A stretch of DNA of 64,000 nt, taken from an uncultured virus (IMG/VR IMGVR_UViG_2663763475_000011). Lineage: Duplodnaviria; Heunggongvirae; Uroviricota; Caudoviricetes. The notes beneath the pieces were generated by a model. The model was given only the letters and a program-made list of their open reading frames with translations. It was not told the DNA's origin and searched no databases. Every line of letters begins with the position of its first letter. Position 1 is the stretch's first letter. Positions 37,479 to 47,332 of this stretch are shown here, piece by piece. Position numbers and translations under genes: made by a program. The stretch lies in the IMG/VR virus record IMGVR_UViG_2663763475_000011; one strand, given 5' to 3'.

Positions 37479-37921
37479 GCGACCTGCAGCTGGTAAACGA
37501 CCGTCTGGAGGCACTCATCAGCAGCCTGTCAGCCCCGGCCCGCAAAGAGATGGCGCGCAGCATTGGGCGCAAGCTGCGCGCCCGTCAGCAGCAAAATATC
37601 AAGCGCCAGCAGGCGCCAGACGGCACGCCGTTCAAGCCCCGAAAAGCGCAGCCGGTGCGCAGCAAAAAGGGGCGCATCAAGCGCGAGATGTTCGCAAAGC
37701 TTCGCACAGCGAAATATATGAAGACCCAGGCCAGCGCCAGCGAAGCGGTGATCGAGTTTACAGGTAACGTGCAGCGCATGGCCCGCGTACACCATTACGG
37801 GCTGCGCGACCGGCCATCGCGGAAGGGTAAAAAGGTGCAGTATGAGTCACGCCTGCTATTAGGAATCAGCAAGCATGATATTGAGATGATTGATGAGCTA
37901 GTCATCAATCATCTATACTAA
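37475..37921 (+). CDS. S: Tail completion protein S
   Basis: QQAPDGTPFKPRK, MFAKLR, ARVHHYG. Confidence 0.92.
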   Translation: MSDLQLVNDRLEALISSLSAPARKEMARSIGRKLRARQQQNIKRQQAPDGTPFKPRKAQPVRSKKGRIKREMFAKLRTAKYMKTQASASEAVIEFTGNVQRMARVHHYGLRDRPSRKGKKVQYESRLLLGISKHDIEMIDELVINHLY

Positions 37922-40453
37922 TTATTTGCTACCTTTTATTACGCGCTCTGAATATTCGCTCAGTAAAGAAGTTATGTCCAGTTTGTGCGGCTTGAAGAAG
38001 TTGTGAACTGTTGCTTCGTCTAAAGAATGGATGTCGTAACTTTTAAGTTCCTTAAAAAAAGAACGTGTATTTTGTTTGAGATTTTTCAATTTCGCAGGCC
38101 TCATTACTTCAACCGGATAATTAAAGTCACCATAATAAGATAAGATTTTACTGCTAATCACCATTATATTCTTGCACGCTGCATCATTATATTCATCCCT
38201 GAACCAGCCACAGTGGTTGTTCATCTGACCTGCTTCGTGTTTATTAATTTCCTTGCGATCTTCTTTAACTTCATTTTTGCATTCTATGAGAAAATATTGT
38301 TTATCGACCCCTCCCCAAAGAGCATCGGGACCTTTCTTTATTTCTTTGTCTGGTCGCTGGCTAATAAAACCAAGCATTGTCCCAAGATCAGAGATAGCCT
38401 GCTCAAACTTTTCTGATTGAACACCAAATGATAGATTCTGAAGTATGCCATCAACCTCAATCATCATAGACTCATATGTTTCATGAGAATTAATCCAATT
38501 TATTACTCTCATTACTCGTGAAGAGTTAATGCTTTCAATTTTTTTATAGGTGACACCATCTCTTGGTTTTAGCAAGTTTATATTTTTCTGAAATGCAGAT
38601 TTTTGTATTCTGTCAGAATCTACCTTACTTGAAGTATAAGTAAATCTAGCTTGCAACTGGAGATACCATGCCTTTTCCATTTCATTATTTGTAAACTCAT
38701 CACTAATTCGCTGAATCAATTCACAAGCCTTTTTCACTTCTCCCTTTTGCAGTTCTTTCTCAGCTAAGTATTCAAGATTAATCAAGTCATACAAAGAATT
38801 TTGATAAGCAGGTAATGATACCTCGTTCATTGATTCTTGATAATACTCTTTCCATCCCTCGTCCCTTAGTAAGGATTTATTAATCAAATCTATAAAAATC
38901 TGCTTTGGTTTTGCACCTTTGCTTATATCTTCCTGAGTAAAAGATACTATTTGCTCACCTAGCTCAATTTGCATTTGAGTTTGTGGTGAAAAATATTTTT
39001 TTGTTAAAGGGCTTTTGAGGAACTGTACTAAATCTCCTCCGGTAATAACAATTACGCTATAATCTTTTTCACCCCTTACACTTCTACCCAAACCTTGCTC
39101 TACTTTTTGAGCAGTCAATATGTTAATTATATCACTGCTTGGGCGACATTCTTCTTCGTATCTTTCAGCAAGACTTTCTGAGTATGGCTTAGAATCTACT
39201 ATAAGGATACGGCATGAGCTATCAGGTAAGTCAATACCATCATACCTATTTGCAAATACCATTGAGTGACTAAAGTCACCTGCTTTTAATTTTTCTATAT
39301 TAGAAAATATAGTATCCGTTGTTGATACAATTGCTCCATATTTTTCATATTGTGCTTTGTTATTAAAACTAGGAGCAAGACAAACTGTGCCAAATCTTCT
39401 TTTGTCCCGGGGTTGCAATAACATACTTATGACTTTATCACGGTCTAGTGATTCATCTATAAGTGAAGGTATTAATACCATTTTCTCCCCTGACCAGATT
39501 AAATCAGGATTAATAAGAGGATCTCTAACTGAGTCAACATCAAATCTCAGGCCTTTTATAAAGAAAGAATCGTTTTGAGTTGTGGCAGACATAAGGAATC
39601 GATGTTTGGCTTGACTGAATGTACCAAATACATCAATTAAAGATACTATTGGTGAGATCTCTAACGATTCAGATGATATAAAAGCTTGGCAATTATGAAG
39701 GTTATCTTTAATAAGCGGCCAAGTATATTTTACATTCTTATCTGAAGCGTGCTGGATTAGGGTTTTTGCAACTACTTCTTTTTTGTCAATCCATGACCAA
39801 TAAGGAATCGGCAAAACTGAAGAGTGACCTATACCACTTTCGATTTCTAAAAAACTTCCTTCGCCTTGTTCTTTCAATTCATCTGCGAAAATGTTCATGA
39901 ATTGATTATATATTTCATGCTCTCTATTTATCTTAATTGTGAAGCAGTTTTTTATTGCATCGATACATGCCTGAGAGTCATCTAATATAATAGAGTTAGG
40001 TACGATTGATTTTGCACCTAATCCAAAGACAGTAACTCCGTTAAATATTTTTTGCACATGAGTTATGAGGATCTTTTTTCCTGCAAGGAAATCATCAGGA
40101 ATTTTTTTTGATGAATCAATTATGCAATAAGGTATGCCAAACTTTTCTGCATCTATTACAGCTTGTTTGGCTAGATAGATGTTGGGGCATACATATATAC
40201 AAGGTGCGCCAGTCTCATTCAATTTTGACTGTAATATTAACAGGCCAATAAGAGTTTTACCCTCTCCGGTATGTAATTTTATTATATTATCTCTTCGTTC
40301 TTTTTTTTCGCTAAACCACGAGTTAAGGATCTTAATTTGAGATGGCCTCAATGGCCCAGCATCACTTTTTCTATCCAATGTATCATAAATTTCAACCGGG
40401 TTAACTCTTTTAGGTAACTCTTTCTTTCTCAGTTTATTTTTAAAATCAACCAT
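37922..40453 (-). CDS. SF2 helicase with C-terminal PD-(D/E)XK nuclease (Hna-like defence protein)
   Basis: LHTGEGKT, ILDDSQ, MSAT, YDGIDLP, QGLGRSVR, GPDALW...LIECK; AT-rich, antisense in S-V gap. Confidence 0.8.
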   Translation of the reverse strand: MVDFKNKLRKKELPKRVNPVEIYDTLDRKSDAGPLRPSQIKILNSWFSEKKERRDNIIKLHTGEGKTLIGLLILQSKLNETGAPCIYVCPNIYLAKQAVIDAEKFGIPYCIIDSSKKIPDDFLAGKKILITHVQKIFNGVTVFGLGAKSIVPNSIILDDSQACIDAIKNCFTIKINREHEIYNQFMNIFADELKEQGEGSFLEIESGIGHSSVLPIPYWSWIDKKEVVAKTLIQHASDKNVKYTWPLIKDNLHNCQAFISSESLEISPIVSLIDVFGTFSQAKHRFLMSATTQNDSFFIKGLRFDVDSVRDPLINPDLIWSGEKMVLIPSLIDESLDRDKVISMLLQPRDKRRFGTVCLAPSFNNKAQYEKYGAIVSTTDTIFSNIEKLKAGDFSHSMVFANRYDGIDLPDSSCRILIVDSKPYSESLAERYEEECRPSSDIINILTAQKVEQGLGRSVRGEKDYSVIVITGGDLVQFLKSPLTKKYFSPQTQMQIELGEQIVSFTQEDISKGAKPKQIFIDLINKSLLRDEGWKEYYQESMNEVSLPAYQNSLYDLINLEYLAEKELQKGEVKKACELIQRISDEFTNNEMEKAWYLQLQARFTYTSSKVDSDRIQKSAFQKNINLLKPRDGVTYKKIESINSSRVMRVINWINSHETYESMMIEVDGILQNLSFGVQSEKFEQAISDLGTMLGFISQRPDKEIKKGPDALWGGVDKQYFLIECKNEVKEDRKEINKHEAGQMNNHCGWFRDEYNDAACKNIMVISSKILSYYGDFNYPVEVMRPAKLKNLKQNTRSFFKELKSYDIHSLDEATVHNFFKPHKLDITSLLSEYSERVIKGSK

Positions 40454-40586
40454 TTAAACTCTCCATTTTCTAGGTTAAGTCTTGTTGATTCAACAAGTAT
40501 TGTTAATGTATTCCTGGTTTGTACGTTGTTCAATAGCAGAACAGCTCTGTATTCAAATTTGATGATTTTACTTTCAAAGTAATGGC

Positions 40587-41183
40587 ATGAACTCAAATGA
40601 AAAAATCAATGAAATTCAGCGCCTGCTGCGCAACCTGATCCGTATCGGAACAGTGTCAGCCGTCAATCTAACCGACGGACTTTGCCGCGTCGATACGGGA
40701 AATAACACAACTAACTGGCTTCACTGGCTGAGCGCCCGCGCGGGTAAAACCCGTTCTTGGAATGCGCCGTCTGTGGGCGAGCAGGTGATCGTCTTATGCC
40801 TGGGCGGCGAACTCGATACCGGCTTTGTGATGCCGGGAATCTTCTCGGACGACAACCCGGCGCCGTCGGCGTCGGCGGATGCGCTGCACTGGTCATTTCC
40901 TGACGGCGCTGTGATCGAGTATGAGCCGGAAAGCGGCGCACTGACCGCAACGGGCATACAGACGGCAACCATTAAGGCGGCGGTAAAAATCCTGTTCGAT
41001 TCACCAGAGGTGGAGTGCACCAGGCTTCTGAAAACCGCGCAACTGGAAGTCACCCAGGGCGGCACGATGAAAGGAAACGTGTCGCACAGCGGCGGCAGCC
41101 TTAGCTCTAACGGTATCGTGGTCGATGCTCATCAGCATGGCGGCGTGAAGTCGGGCGACGATCTATCGGGAGGGCCGCAGTAA
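40587..41183 (+). CDS. V: Baseplate spike V
   Basis: NLIRIGTV, APSVGEQV, HQH. Confidence 0.93.
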   Translation: MNSNEKINEIQRLLRNLIRIGTVSAVNLTDGLCRVDTGNNTTNWLHWLSARAGKTRSWNAPSVGEQVIVLCLGGELDTGFVMPGIFSDDNPAPSASADALHWSFPDGAVIEYEPESGALTATGIQTATIKAAVKILFDSPEVECTRLLKTAQLEVTQGGTMKGNVSHSGGSLSSNGIVVDAHQHGGVKSGDDLSGGPQ

Positions 41184-41530
41184 TGGCAGAAAAATATATC
41201 GGTATGAACCGCGATAGCGGTAGCACCCTGACCGATCTCGATCACATCCGGCAGTCAGTGCGTGACATTCTGTTGACGCCGCTCGGCGCCAGGGTGATGC
41301 GCCGTCAGTATGGCTCGCTTCTTTCCGCACTGATTGACCAGCCGCAAAACGAGGCGCTGCGCCTGCAGATTATGTCGGCCTGCTATCTGGCGCTCCTGCA
41401 GTGGGAGCCGCGCATCAGGCTGACCGCCATCAGTTTTGAGACGGACTATAGCGGCGCAATGGTGGTCGAGCTGACGGGCAACCGCACCGACAACGCGCAG
41501 CCTCTTTCCTTAACCGTTCCTGTGAGCTGA
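41183..41530 (+). CDS. W: Baseplate protein W
   Basis: HIRQSVRDILLTP. Confidence 0.93.
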   Translation: MAEKYIGMNRDSGSTLTDLDHIRQSVRDILLTPLGARVMRRQYGSLLSALIDQPQNEALRLQIMSACYLALLQWEPRIRLTAISFETDYSGAMVVELTGNRTDNAQPLSLTVPVS

Positions 41531-41534
41531 GAAC

Positions 41535-42443
41535 ATGGCAACTATCGACCTGAGCCAGCTGCCCGCGCCTGACGTGGTGGAAGCGCTGGACTATGAATCC
41601 CTGCTGGCCGAGCGCAAGGCGACGCTGGTTTCCCTTTACCCGGCAGAACAGCAGGACGCTATCGCGCGCACGCTGGCGCTGGAGTCGGAACCTATCGTTA
41701 AGCTGCTGCAGGAAAACGCCTATCGTGAGCTGATCCTGCGCCAGCGTATCAACGAGGCGGCAAAGGCCAATATGGTGGCGTATGCGCTGGATGGCGACCT
41801 TGACCAGCTCGGCGCAAATAATGGCGTTTCTCGCCTGATTATTACCCCGGCCGACGATACGACCATTCCGCCGACGGCCGCCGTGATGGAAAGTAATGAC
41901 GATTTCCGGCTGCGCATCGCCGCCGCCTTTGAAGGGCTGAGCGTAGCCGGGCCGACCGGCGCCTATGAGTACCACGCCAAAAGCGCCGACGGCCGCGTGG
42001 CGGACGCCTCGGCCATCAGCCCGTCGCCTGCCGTCGTGACCGTGACCGTGCTCGCCCGCGAGGGCAACGGCGCCGCCGGTGACGACCTGCTGGCCGTAGT
42101 AAGCGCCGCGCTTAACGACGAGGACGTGCGCCCGGTCGCTGACCGGGTGAGCGTGCAGTCGGCGGAGATCGTGAACTATGAAATCGAAGCCGAGTTGTAT
42201 CTCTATCCGGGGCCGGAGGCAGAACCTATCCGCGCCGCCTCTGAGGCAAAGCTCGCCGCCTATGTCACCGCGCAGAAACGCCTCGGCCGGGATATTCGTT
42301 TGTCGGCGCTTTATGCCGCCATGCACGTTGAGGGCGTGCAGCGCGTCAACCTGATTAAGCCATCAGCCGACGTCGTGCTCGATAAAACGCAGGCGGCTTA
42401 CTGTACTGGCTACGTGCTGACCGTGGGAGGCTCGGATGAGTGA
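41535..42443 (+). CDS. J: Baseplate protein J
   Basis: IDLSQLPAP, LSVAGP. Confidence 0.95.
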   Translation: MATIDLSQLPAPDVVEALDYESLLAERKATLVSLYPAEQQDAIARTLALESEPIVKLLQENAYRELILRQRINEAAKANMVAYALDGDLDQLGANNGVSRLIITPADDTTIPPTAAVMESNDDFRLRIAAAFEGLSVAGPTGAYEYHAKSADGRVADASAISPSPAVVTVTVLAREGNGAAGDDLLAVVSAALNDEDVRPVADRVSVQSAEIVNYEIEAELYLYPGPEAEPIRAASEAKLAAYVTAQKRLGRDIRLSALYAAMHVEGVQRVNLIKPSADVVLDKTQAAYCTGYVLTVGGSDE

Positions 42444-43044
42444 TCGCCTGCTGCCGACCGGTTCATCAGCGCTTGAGGTTGCCGCTGCCGAGGCGCTGGC
42501 GAGCCTGGGCGCCATGAACGTGCCACTGCGTCAGCTGTGGAACCCGCAAACCTGTCCGGTTGTGCTGCTGCCTTATCTGGCGTGGGCGTGGTCGGTTGAT
42601 CGCTGGGATTCAGCCTGGAGCGAATCGACAAAGCGTAGCGTGGTTGTTGCCTCGCAGTTCGTGCACCGACACAAAGGCACAATTGGCGCTATCCGCCGTG
42701 TCGTTGAGCCTTTGGGGTATCTGATCAAGGTTATCGAGTGGTGGAAAACCAACGAGGCGCCAGGCACGTTCCGGCTAGATGTGGGCGTGTTGGATACCGG
42801 CATTACCGAAGAAATGTATAACGAGCTGGAGCGGCTGATAGCTGACGCGAAGCCTTGCAGCCGTCACCTTATCGGCCTATCCATCAATCTTGATGCGAAC
42901 GGTATTCTGCCGGTTGCCGTTGCCAGCTATAGCGGCGATGAGCTGACGATTTACCCTTACACCCCTGAACTTATCAGCGTCGGCGGGCCGGGTTATTCCG
43001 GCGCGGCCGTGCATCTTATTGACCTGACGGAAGTGAGCGCATGA
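42436..43044 (+). CDS. I: Tail protein I
   Basis: LAWAWSVDRWD. Confidence 0.95.
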   Translation: MSDRLLPTGSSALEVAAAEALASLGAMNVPLRQLWNPQTCPVVLLPYLAWAWSVDRWDSAWSESTKRSVVVASQFVHRHKGTIGAIRRVVEPLGYLIKVIEWWKTNEAPGTFRLDVGVLDTGITEEMYNELERLIADAKPCSRHLIGLSINLDANGILPVAVASYSGDELTIYPYTPELISVGGPGYSGAAVHLIDLTEVSA

Positions 43045-44036
43045 CGACTAAATATTTTGCCCTGCTGACCAATCAGGGCGCGGCTAAGCTGGCGAACGCC
43101 GCCGCACTCGGCACGAAAGTGAATATCACCTCTATGGGCGTCGGGGACGGTGGCGGCACGTTGCCGACGCCAGATCCAGCGCAGACGAAGCTCATCGCAG
43201 AGAAGCGACGCGCGCAGCTTAATTCCATGACTGTAGACGTGGCGAACAGCAGCCAGATTATCGCCGAGCAAATTATCCCCGAAAGTGAAGGAGGATTCTG
43301 GATCCGCGAGATTGGCCTGTATGACGCCGACGGCGTGCTGATTGCCGTGGCGAATTGCCCGGAAACCTACAAGCCGCAGCTGGCCGAAGGCAGCGGCAGA
43401 ACGCAAACCGTGCGCATGATTTTGATTGTGAACAGTACCAGCGCGGTAACGCTGAAGATAGACCCGGCTGTTGTGTTGGCGACCCGACAATATGTTGATA
43501 GCGCCGTGATTGAGGTGAATTCCTATGCTGACAGCCTGATGGCCGCGCATGTGAAGGCCGACAATCCGCATAGTCAGTATCCGCTGATCAAGAACGCGCT
43601 GAAGGAAATGGCTGATGCTGGTTTGCTGCCGGACGTTCTCAAAAACCTCGGTTTAGGCGAAGCCGCGAAACGCGCCGTCGGCGCTGGCGTAAACCAGATA
43701 CCGGACATGTCATTTTATGACCTGACTGTGAGCGGGGATTCCAGCTCAAGGAAGCTGACTGCGAAGTTACCCAACGGCTTTATTATCAAGGCCGTCTTAG
43801 GCTCGGCCGACCAGAACGGATGGTTTGATATTGCGTTTGATACGCCGTTTCCAACGGAGATTTTATTTGCATGGGGGGCTGAGCGTGCGCCTAACAGCAA
43901 CCTCAACCAGACCTCCACAGTGGCGGTCAATCTCAGCCTTTCGTCAGCAAAGCACATCGTCGGGCAGATGCGATCAATCACTTCGGGCGTCAGTTCTCTG
44001 GCGGGCGGTCTTTCAGCATTTGCATTAGGAAGGTAA
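43041..44036 (+). CDS. H: Tail fibre H (prophage 2)
   Basis: P2 H N-terminus, LKNLGLGEAAKR crossover region, variable tip. Confidence 0.92.
   Translation: MTTKYFALLTNQGAAKLANAAALGTKVNITSMGVGDGGGTLPTPDPAQTKLIAEKRRAQLNSMTVDVANSSQIIAEQIIPESEGGFWIREIGLYDADGVLIAVANCPETYKPQLAEGSGRTQTVRMILIVNSTSAVTLKIDPAVVLATRQYVDSAVIEVNSYADSLMAAHVKADNPHSQYPLIKNALKEMADAGLLPDVLKNLGLGEAAKRAVGAGVNQIPDMSFYDLTVSGDSSSRKLTAKLPNGFIIKAVLGSADQNGWFDIAFDTPFPTEILFAWGAERAPNSNLNQTSTVAVNLSLSSAKHIVGQMRSITSGVSSLAGGLSAFALGR
43626..43711 (+). repeat. 86-bp inverted repeat, left copy, with gix-like site at 43636-43661
   Basis: Exact reverse complement of 45143-45228; TTCTCAAAAACCTCGGTTTAGGCGAA. Confidence 0.92.
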
Positions 44037-44040
44037 CAGC

Positions 44041-44484
44041 ATGAATTACATTTTCTCAGCCGTTAACGATAAATACAGCCCTCCGGTGCTAAACGCTTTT
44101 TATCGTATCTCCGATAAAACAGATTATGAAAATGCTGGAACATGGCCGAAAAATTACACGGCAATCTCTGATGAAGTTTACGAAGAATTTAACCGGACAC
44201 CTCCTGCCGGTAAAACTGTAGGAGTATCCGACGGGCTGCCTGCATGGGTAGACATTCCGCCACCGTCACATGATGAAATGATCGCCACGGTACAGCAAAA
44301 AAAGCAGGCTCTGACAGATGCCGCCATGCTGTCAGTGAGCGTTATTCAGCTCAAACTGCAGGCCGGAAGAAAGCTCACCGAAACAGAAAGCGTAAAGCTC
44401 AATGCGGCCCTTGATTATATAGACGCAGTGGCAGCAATAAATCCTGAAGACGGGCCAGATATAGACTGGCCGGTACTTTCTTGA
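44041..44484 (+). CDS. G: Tail fibre assembly chaperone
   Basis: GTWP, PPAGK, GLPAWVDIPPP, IDWP. Confidence 0.88.
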   Translation: MNYIFSAVNDKYSPPVLNAFYRISDKTDYENAGTWPKNYTAISDEVYEEFNRTPPAGKTVGVSDGLPAWVDIPPPSHDEMIATVQQKKQALTDAAMLSVSVIQLKLQAGRKLTETESVKLNAALDYIDAVAAINPEDGPDIDWPVLS

Positions 44485-44525
44485 TTGCAGTCTGCAAGAT
44501 GGCTTGAATTTATTTCCCCTTAGAA

Positions 44526-44768
44526 TTAAGTGGTTTGCGTCTCCGGGTATTGCGTAGGCGCATTGTTATCTGTGGCGTATTCCTTCAGGTGAGCGGGATA
44601 TGCCACAGATACAGATCGCCCTGAAAAATGAAACTCTTCCGCGCCCCATATAATTGCCTGCCGTAAAAACGCCTCTACCGCAGCCGATACTTCAACAGCA
44701 TCAGCTGGGGCGTTCATGTCTTGAAGGAAAAAACCAACCGCGCCCGGACTAAAAAGCATGTTTTTCAT
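44526..44768 (-). CDS. Short tail fibre assembly-like protein
   Basis: FSPGAVGFF...PADAVEVS; directly after fibre gene. Confidence 0.7.
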   Translation of the reverse strand: MKNMLFSPGAVGFFLQDMNAPADAVEVSAAVEAFLRQAIIWGAEEFHFSGRSVSVAYPAHLKEYATDNNAPTQYPETQTT

Positions 44769-44769
44769 A

Positions 44770-45813
44770 TCAGTACCCTATTGATTCAAAATGAACGGTC
44801 GGCGCTTCGCCGAGAACGGACGTTGTGTACGCCACGGTAAATCGCGTTTTTGACACGTCGCTACCGGTATCGGTATCACGATGAATAGCCAGCGTTCGAC
44901 CTGCCATTGACCCCTGCACCGTGTAGGCCGGGCTGGCAAGCGTGGCATTCGTGGAAACCTGCGCATTCAGGTACTGCCTCGGAAAAGCGACGCGGTAATA
45001 GTGGGTGTAATAATCAACGCCGCCAATCGTCTGCTTATTAAAGTTGCCCACGGGGGCCAGCGTCGCTGTTCCAAACTGCCTGATCATACCGTTGGGTAAC
45101 GCATCCCAGCCGTTTTGCCCGTTTCGGGAAAAGGTGAAAGTGGACATGTCCGGTATCTGGTTTACGCCAGCGCCGACGGCGCGTTTCGCGGCTTCGCCTA
45201 AACCGAGGTTTTTGAGAACGTCCGGCAGTAAACCGGCATCAGCCATTTCCTTCAGGGCGTTCTTGATTAACGGATACTGATTATGCGGATTGGCAGCTGC
45301 TACATGGTCTGCCAGAAGCTGATCCGCGTACTGCCTGACCGTCAGAATGTTGTCATCAACATATTTACGGGTAGCCAGCACCACGGAGGGGTCAATCTTC
45401 AGGGTGATGGCGTCGGTGCTGTTGACGATGATGAGCATCCGCACGGTCTGCGTGCGTCCGCTGCCCTCCTGCAGGGCGGGCTTGTAGGTTTCCGGCGTAT
45501 TACAGACCGCTATCAGCGTTCCGTCGGCATCAAACAGGCCCATTTCCCGGATCCAGAATCCGCCCTCCGTTTCGGGGATCACCTGCTCGGCTATCACCTG
45601 GCTGGCGTTGGCCGGATCGATGCTCAGCGTGTTGATGGCTGCCCGGCGCACCTCGTTTACCAGCTTTGTCTGGCTGGCGTTCGGCGTGGGCAGCGTGCCG
45701 CCGCCGTCGCCCACGGCCATCTGCGTGATATTCAGCTTTGTGCCGAGCGCGGCGGCGTTGGCAATTTTGGCTGCGCCGAGGTTGGTCACGATTGCATAAA
45801 ATTTTTGTGTCAT
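44770..45813 (-). CDS. H: Tail fibre H (prophage 3)
   Basis: Full H N-terminus, same crossover region, different tip. Confidence 0.92.
   Translation of the reverse strand: MTQKFYAIVTNLGAAKIANAAALGTKLNITQMAVGDGGGTLPTPNASQTKLVNEVRRAAINTLSIDPANASQVIAEQVIPETEGGFWIREMGLFDADGTLIAVCNTPETYKPALQEGSGRTQTVRMLIIVNSTDAITLKIDPSVVLATRKYVDDNILTVRQYADQLLADHVAAANPHNQYPLIKNALKEMADAGLLPDVLKNLGLGEAAKRAVGAGVNQIPDMSTFTFSRNGQNGWDALPNGMIRQFGTATLAPVGNFNKQTIGGVDYYTHYYRVAFPRQYLNAQVSTNATLASPAYTVQGSMAGRTLAIHRDTDTGSDVSKTRFTVAYTTSVLGEAPTVHFESIGY
45143..45228 (-). repeat. 86-bp inverted repeat, right copy, with gix-like site at 45193-45218
   Basis: TTCGCCTAAACCGAGGTTTTTGAGAA on + strand. Confidence 0.92.
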
Positions 45814-46421
45814 TGTCCGACTTCCATCAGGTCGATAACGTGAACCGCCGCGCCCGCATACGTCGGGCCGCTGACGGAAAGAATTTCCGGGGTGTACGGG
45901 TAAATCGAGAGATCGTCACCGTCATAGCTCGCGGCGGCTATACGCGTTTCGCCGCTCACCTGCAGGTTGATAGACATGCCCAGCAGGTGACGGCTGCAGG
46001 GTTTGGCGTCACTGATGAGCCGCTCCAGCTCGTGATAGGTTTCTTCCGTAATGCCCTGGTCCTGCACGCCGATGTCCAGGCGAAACGTGCCGGGCGCTTC
46101 GCCGGTTTTCCACCACTCAATAACGCGGATCAGGAACCCGAACGGCTCCACCACGCGCCGGATAGCGCTGATGGTTCCCTTGTGCTGATGAATATAAAAC
46201 GCATCGAGCACCACCTGTCGCTTGACACTTTCCGCCCAGCCTTCGTCCCATCGGTCCACCGAAAACGCCCAGGCGAGATACGGCAGAAAGCTGACCGGGC
46301 AGGTTGCCGGGTTCCACAGGTCGCGCAGGGGCACGTTCAGGCCGGTAATGCCGCTGCAGGCTTCCGCCAGGCGGCGCTCCAGCGCGGACGAGCCGGACGG
46401 CATCAGGCTGCTGTTGCTCAT
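45810..46421 (-). CDS. I: Tail protein I
   Basis: LAWAFSVDRWD, AKPCSRH. Confidence 0.95.
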   Translation of the reverse strand: MSNSSLMPSGSSALERRLAEACSGITGLNVPLRDLWNPATCPVSFLPYLAWAFSVDRWDEGWAESVKRQVVLDAFYIHQHKGTISAIRRVVEPFGFLIRVIEWWKTGEAPGTFRLDIGVQDQGITEETYHELERLISDAKPCSRHLLGMSINLQVSGETRIAAASYDGDDLSIYPYTPEILSVSGPTYAGAAVHVIDLMEVGQ

Positions 46422-47332
46422 GTCAGCACCTCGTCAGCCGCCACCGAAATGTCCGTGCCGGTGCAGTTACCCGCCGCCGTACGGTCCAGGATGATGTCCG
46501 CAGCCGGTTCGATCATTTCCACCCAGTCCACGCCGGGCACGCGCAGCACCGCCCCGTAGGACTCGCGGCGCACGCTGCGGCCCAGCTTTTTCTGCTCGGT
46601 GAGGTAAGCGGCCAGCTGCGCGTTTGCCGCCTCCAGGCAGGGGCCAGCCGCCACGCCATCAAACAGGTGCAGCTTTGCCTTCACGCTGTAGTCATGAATG
46701 GTCGCGCCCTGCACGGTGACGCGGTCCGCTACGGGCCGCACCGTTTCCGCGTTCAGCGCGGTGTTCACTGTAGCCAGCAAATCCGCCGGCGCTTCGCCAT
46801 TGCCTTCGCGGCTCAGGACGGTTATCAGCACGCTGGCCGGTGACGGGCTGGTTGCCGATACGTCCTGGACGCGGCCGTCCGCGCTCTTTGCGTGAAACTC
46901 ATAGGCCGCCGTCGGCCCGGCCACGCTCAGCCCCTCAAACGCCTCCGGCACGCGCACGCGCAGGGCATCGTCGGTTTCCATCACGGCATCGACCGGCGGC
47001 ACCGCGTCAGGGTCAGCCGGGGTCACGGTCAGGCGCTGCACGTTATGGTTTGCGGCCAGCTGGTCCAGATCGCTGCCGAGCGCGTACGCCACCATGACCG
47101 CCTGCGCCGCCTCGTTGATGCGCTGGCGCAGCAGGATTTCCCGGTAGGTGCTTTCCTGTAGCGTCTTCACCATCGGATCGGACTCCAGTGCCAGCACGCG
47201 GCGCACCGCCGCCTGCTCCTCCGTCGGGTAGAGCGCGATCAGCGCCTCTTTGCGCTCGGCCAGCAGGGTTTCAAAGTCCGGCACCTCAATCACTTCAGGC
47301 GCGGGCAGCTGGGAAAGGTCAATTACTGCCAC
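46418..47332 (-). CDS. J: Baseplate protein J
   Basis: IDLSQLPAP, LSVAGP. Confidence 0.95.
   Translation of the reverse strand: MAVIDLSQLPAPEVIEVPDFETLLAERKEALIALYPTEEQAAVRRVLALESDPMVKTLQESTYREILLRQRINEAAQAVMVAYALGSDLDQLAANHNVQRLTVTPADPDAVPPVDAVMETDDALRVRVPEAFEGLSVAGPTAAYEFHAKSADGRVQDVSATSPSPASVLITVLSREGNGEAPADLLATVNTALNAETVRPVADRVTVQGATIHDYSVKAKLHLFDGVAAGPCLEAANAQLAAYLTEQKKLGRSVRRESYGAVLRVPGVDWVEMIEPAADIILDRTAAGNCTGTDISVAADEVLT

Larger units (their letters stand above)
19007..44484 (+). mobile_element. Prophage 2: 186-like prophage ending at the fibre locus
   Basis: att-int-cI-apl-cII-early-dam-A-tum-cos-cargo-Q-P-O-N-M-L-X-lysis-R-S-cargo-V-W-J-I-H-G. Confidence 0.93.

Noticed and set aside
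43626..45228. IS/transposon terminal repeats or DGR template/variable repeats
   Set aside because: No transposase or reverse transcriptase; repeats are inverted, in-frame within fibre genes and identical
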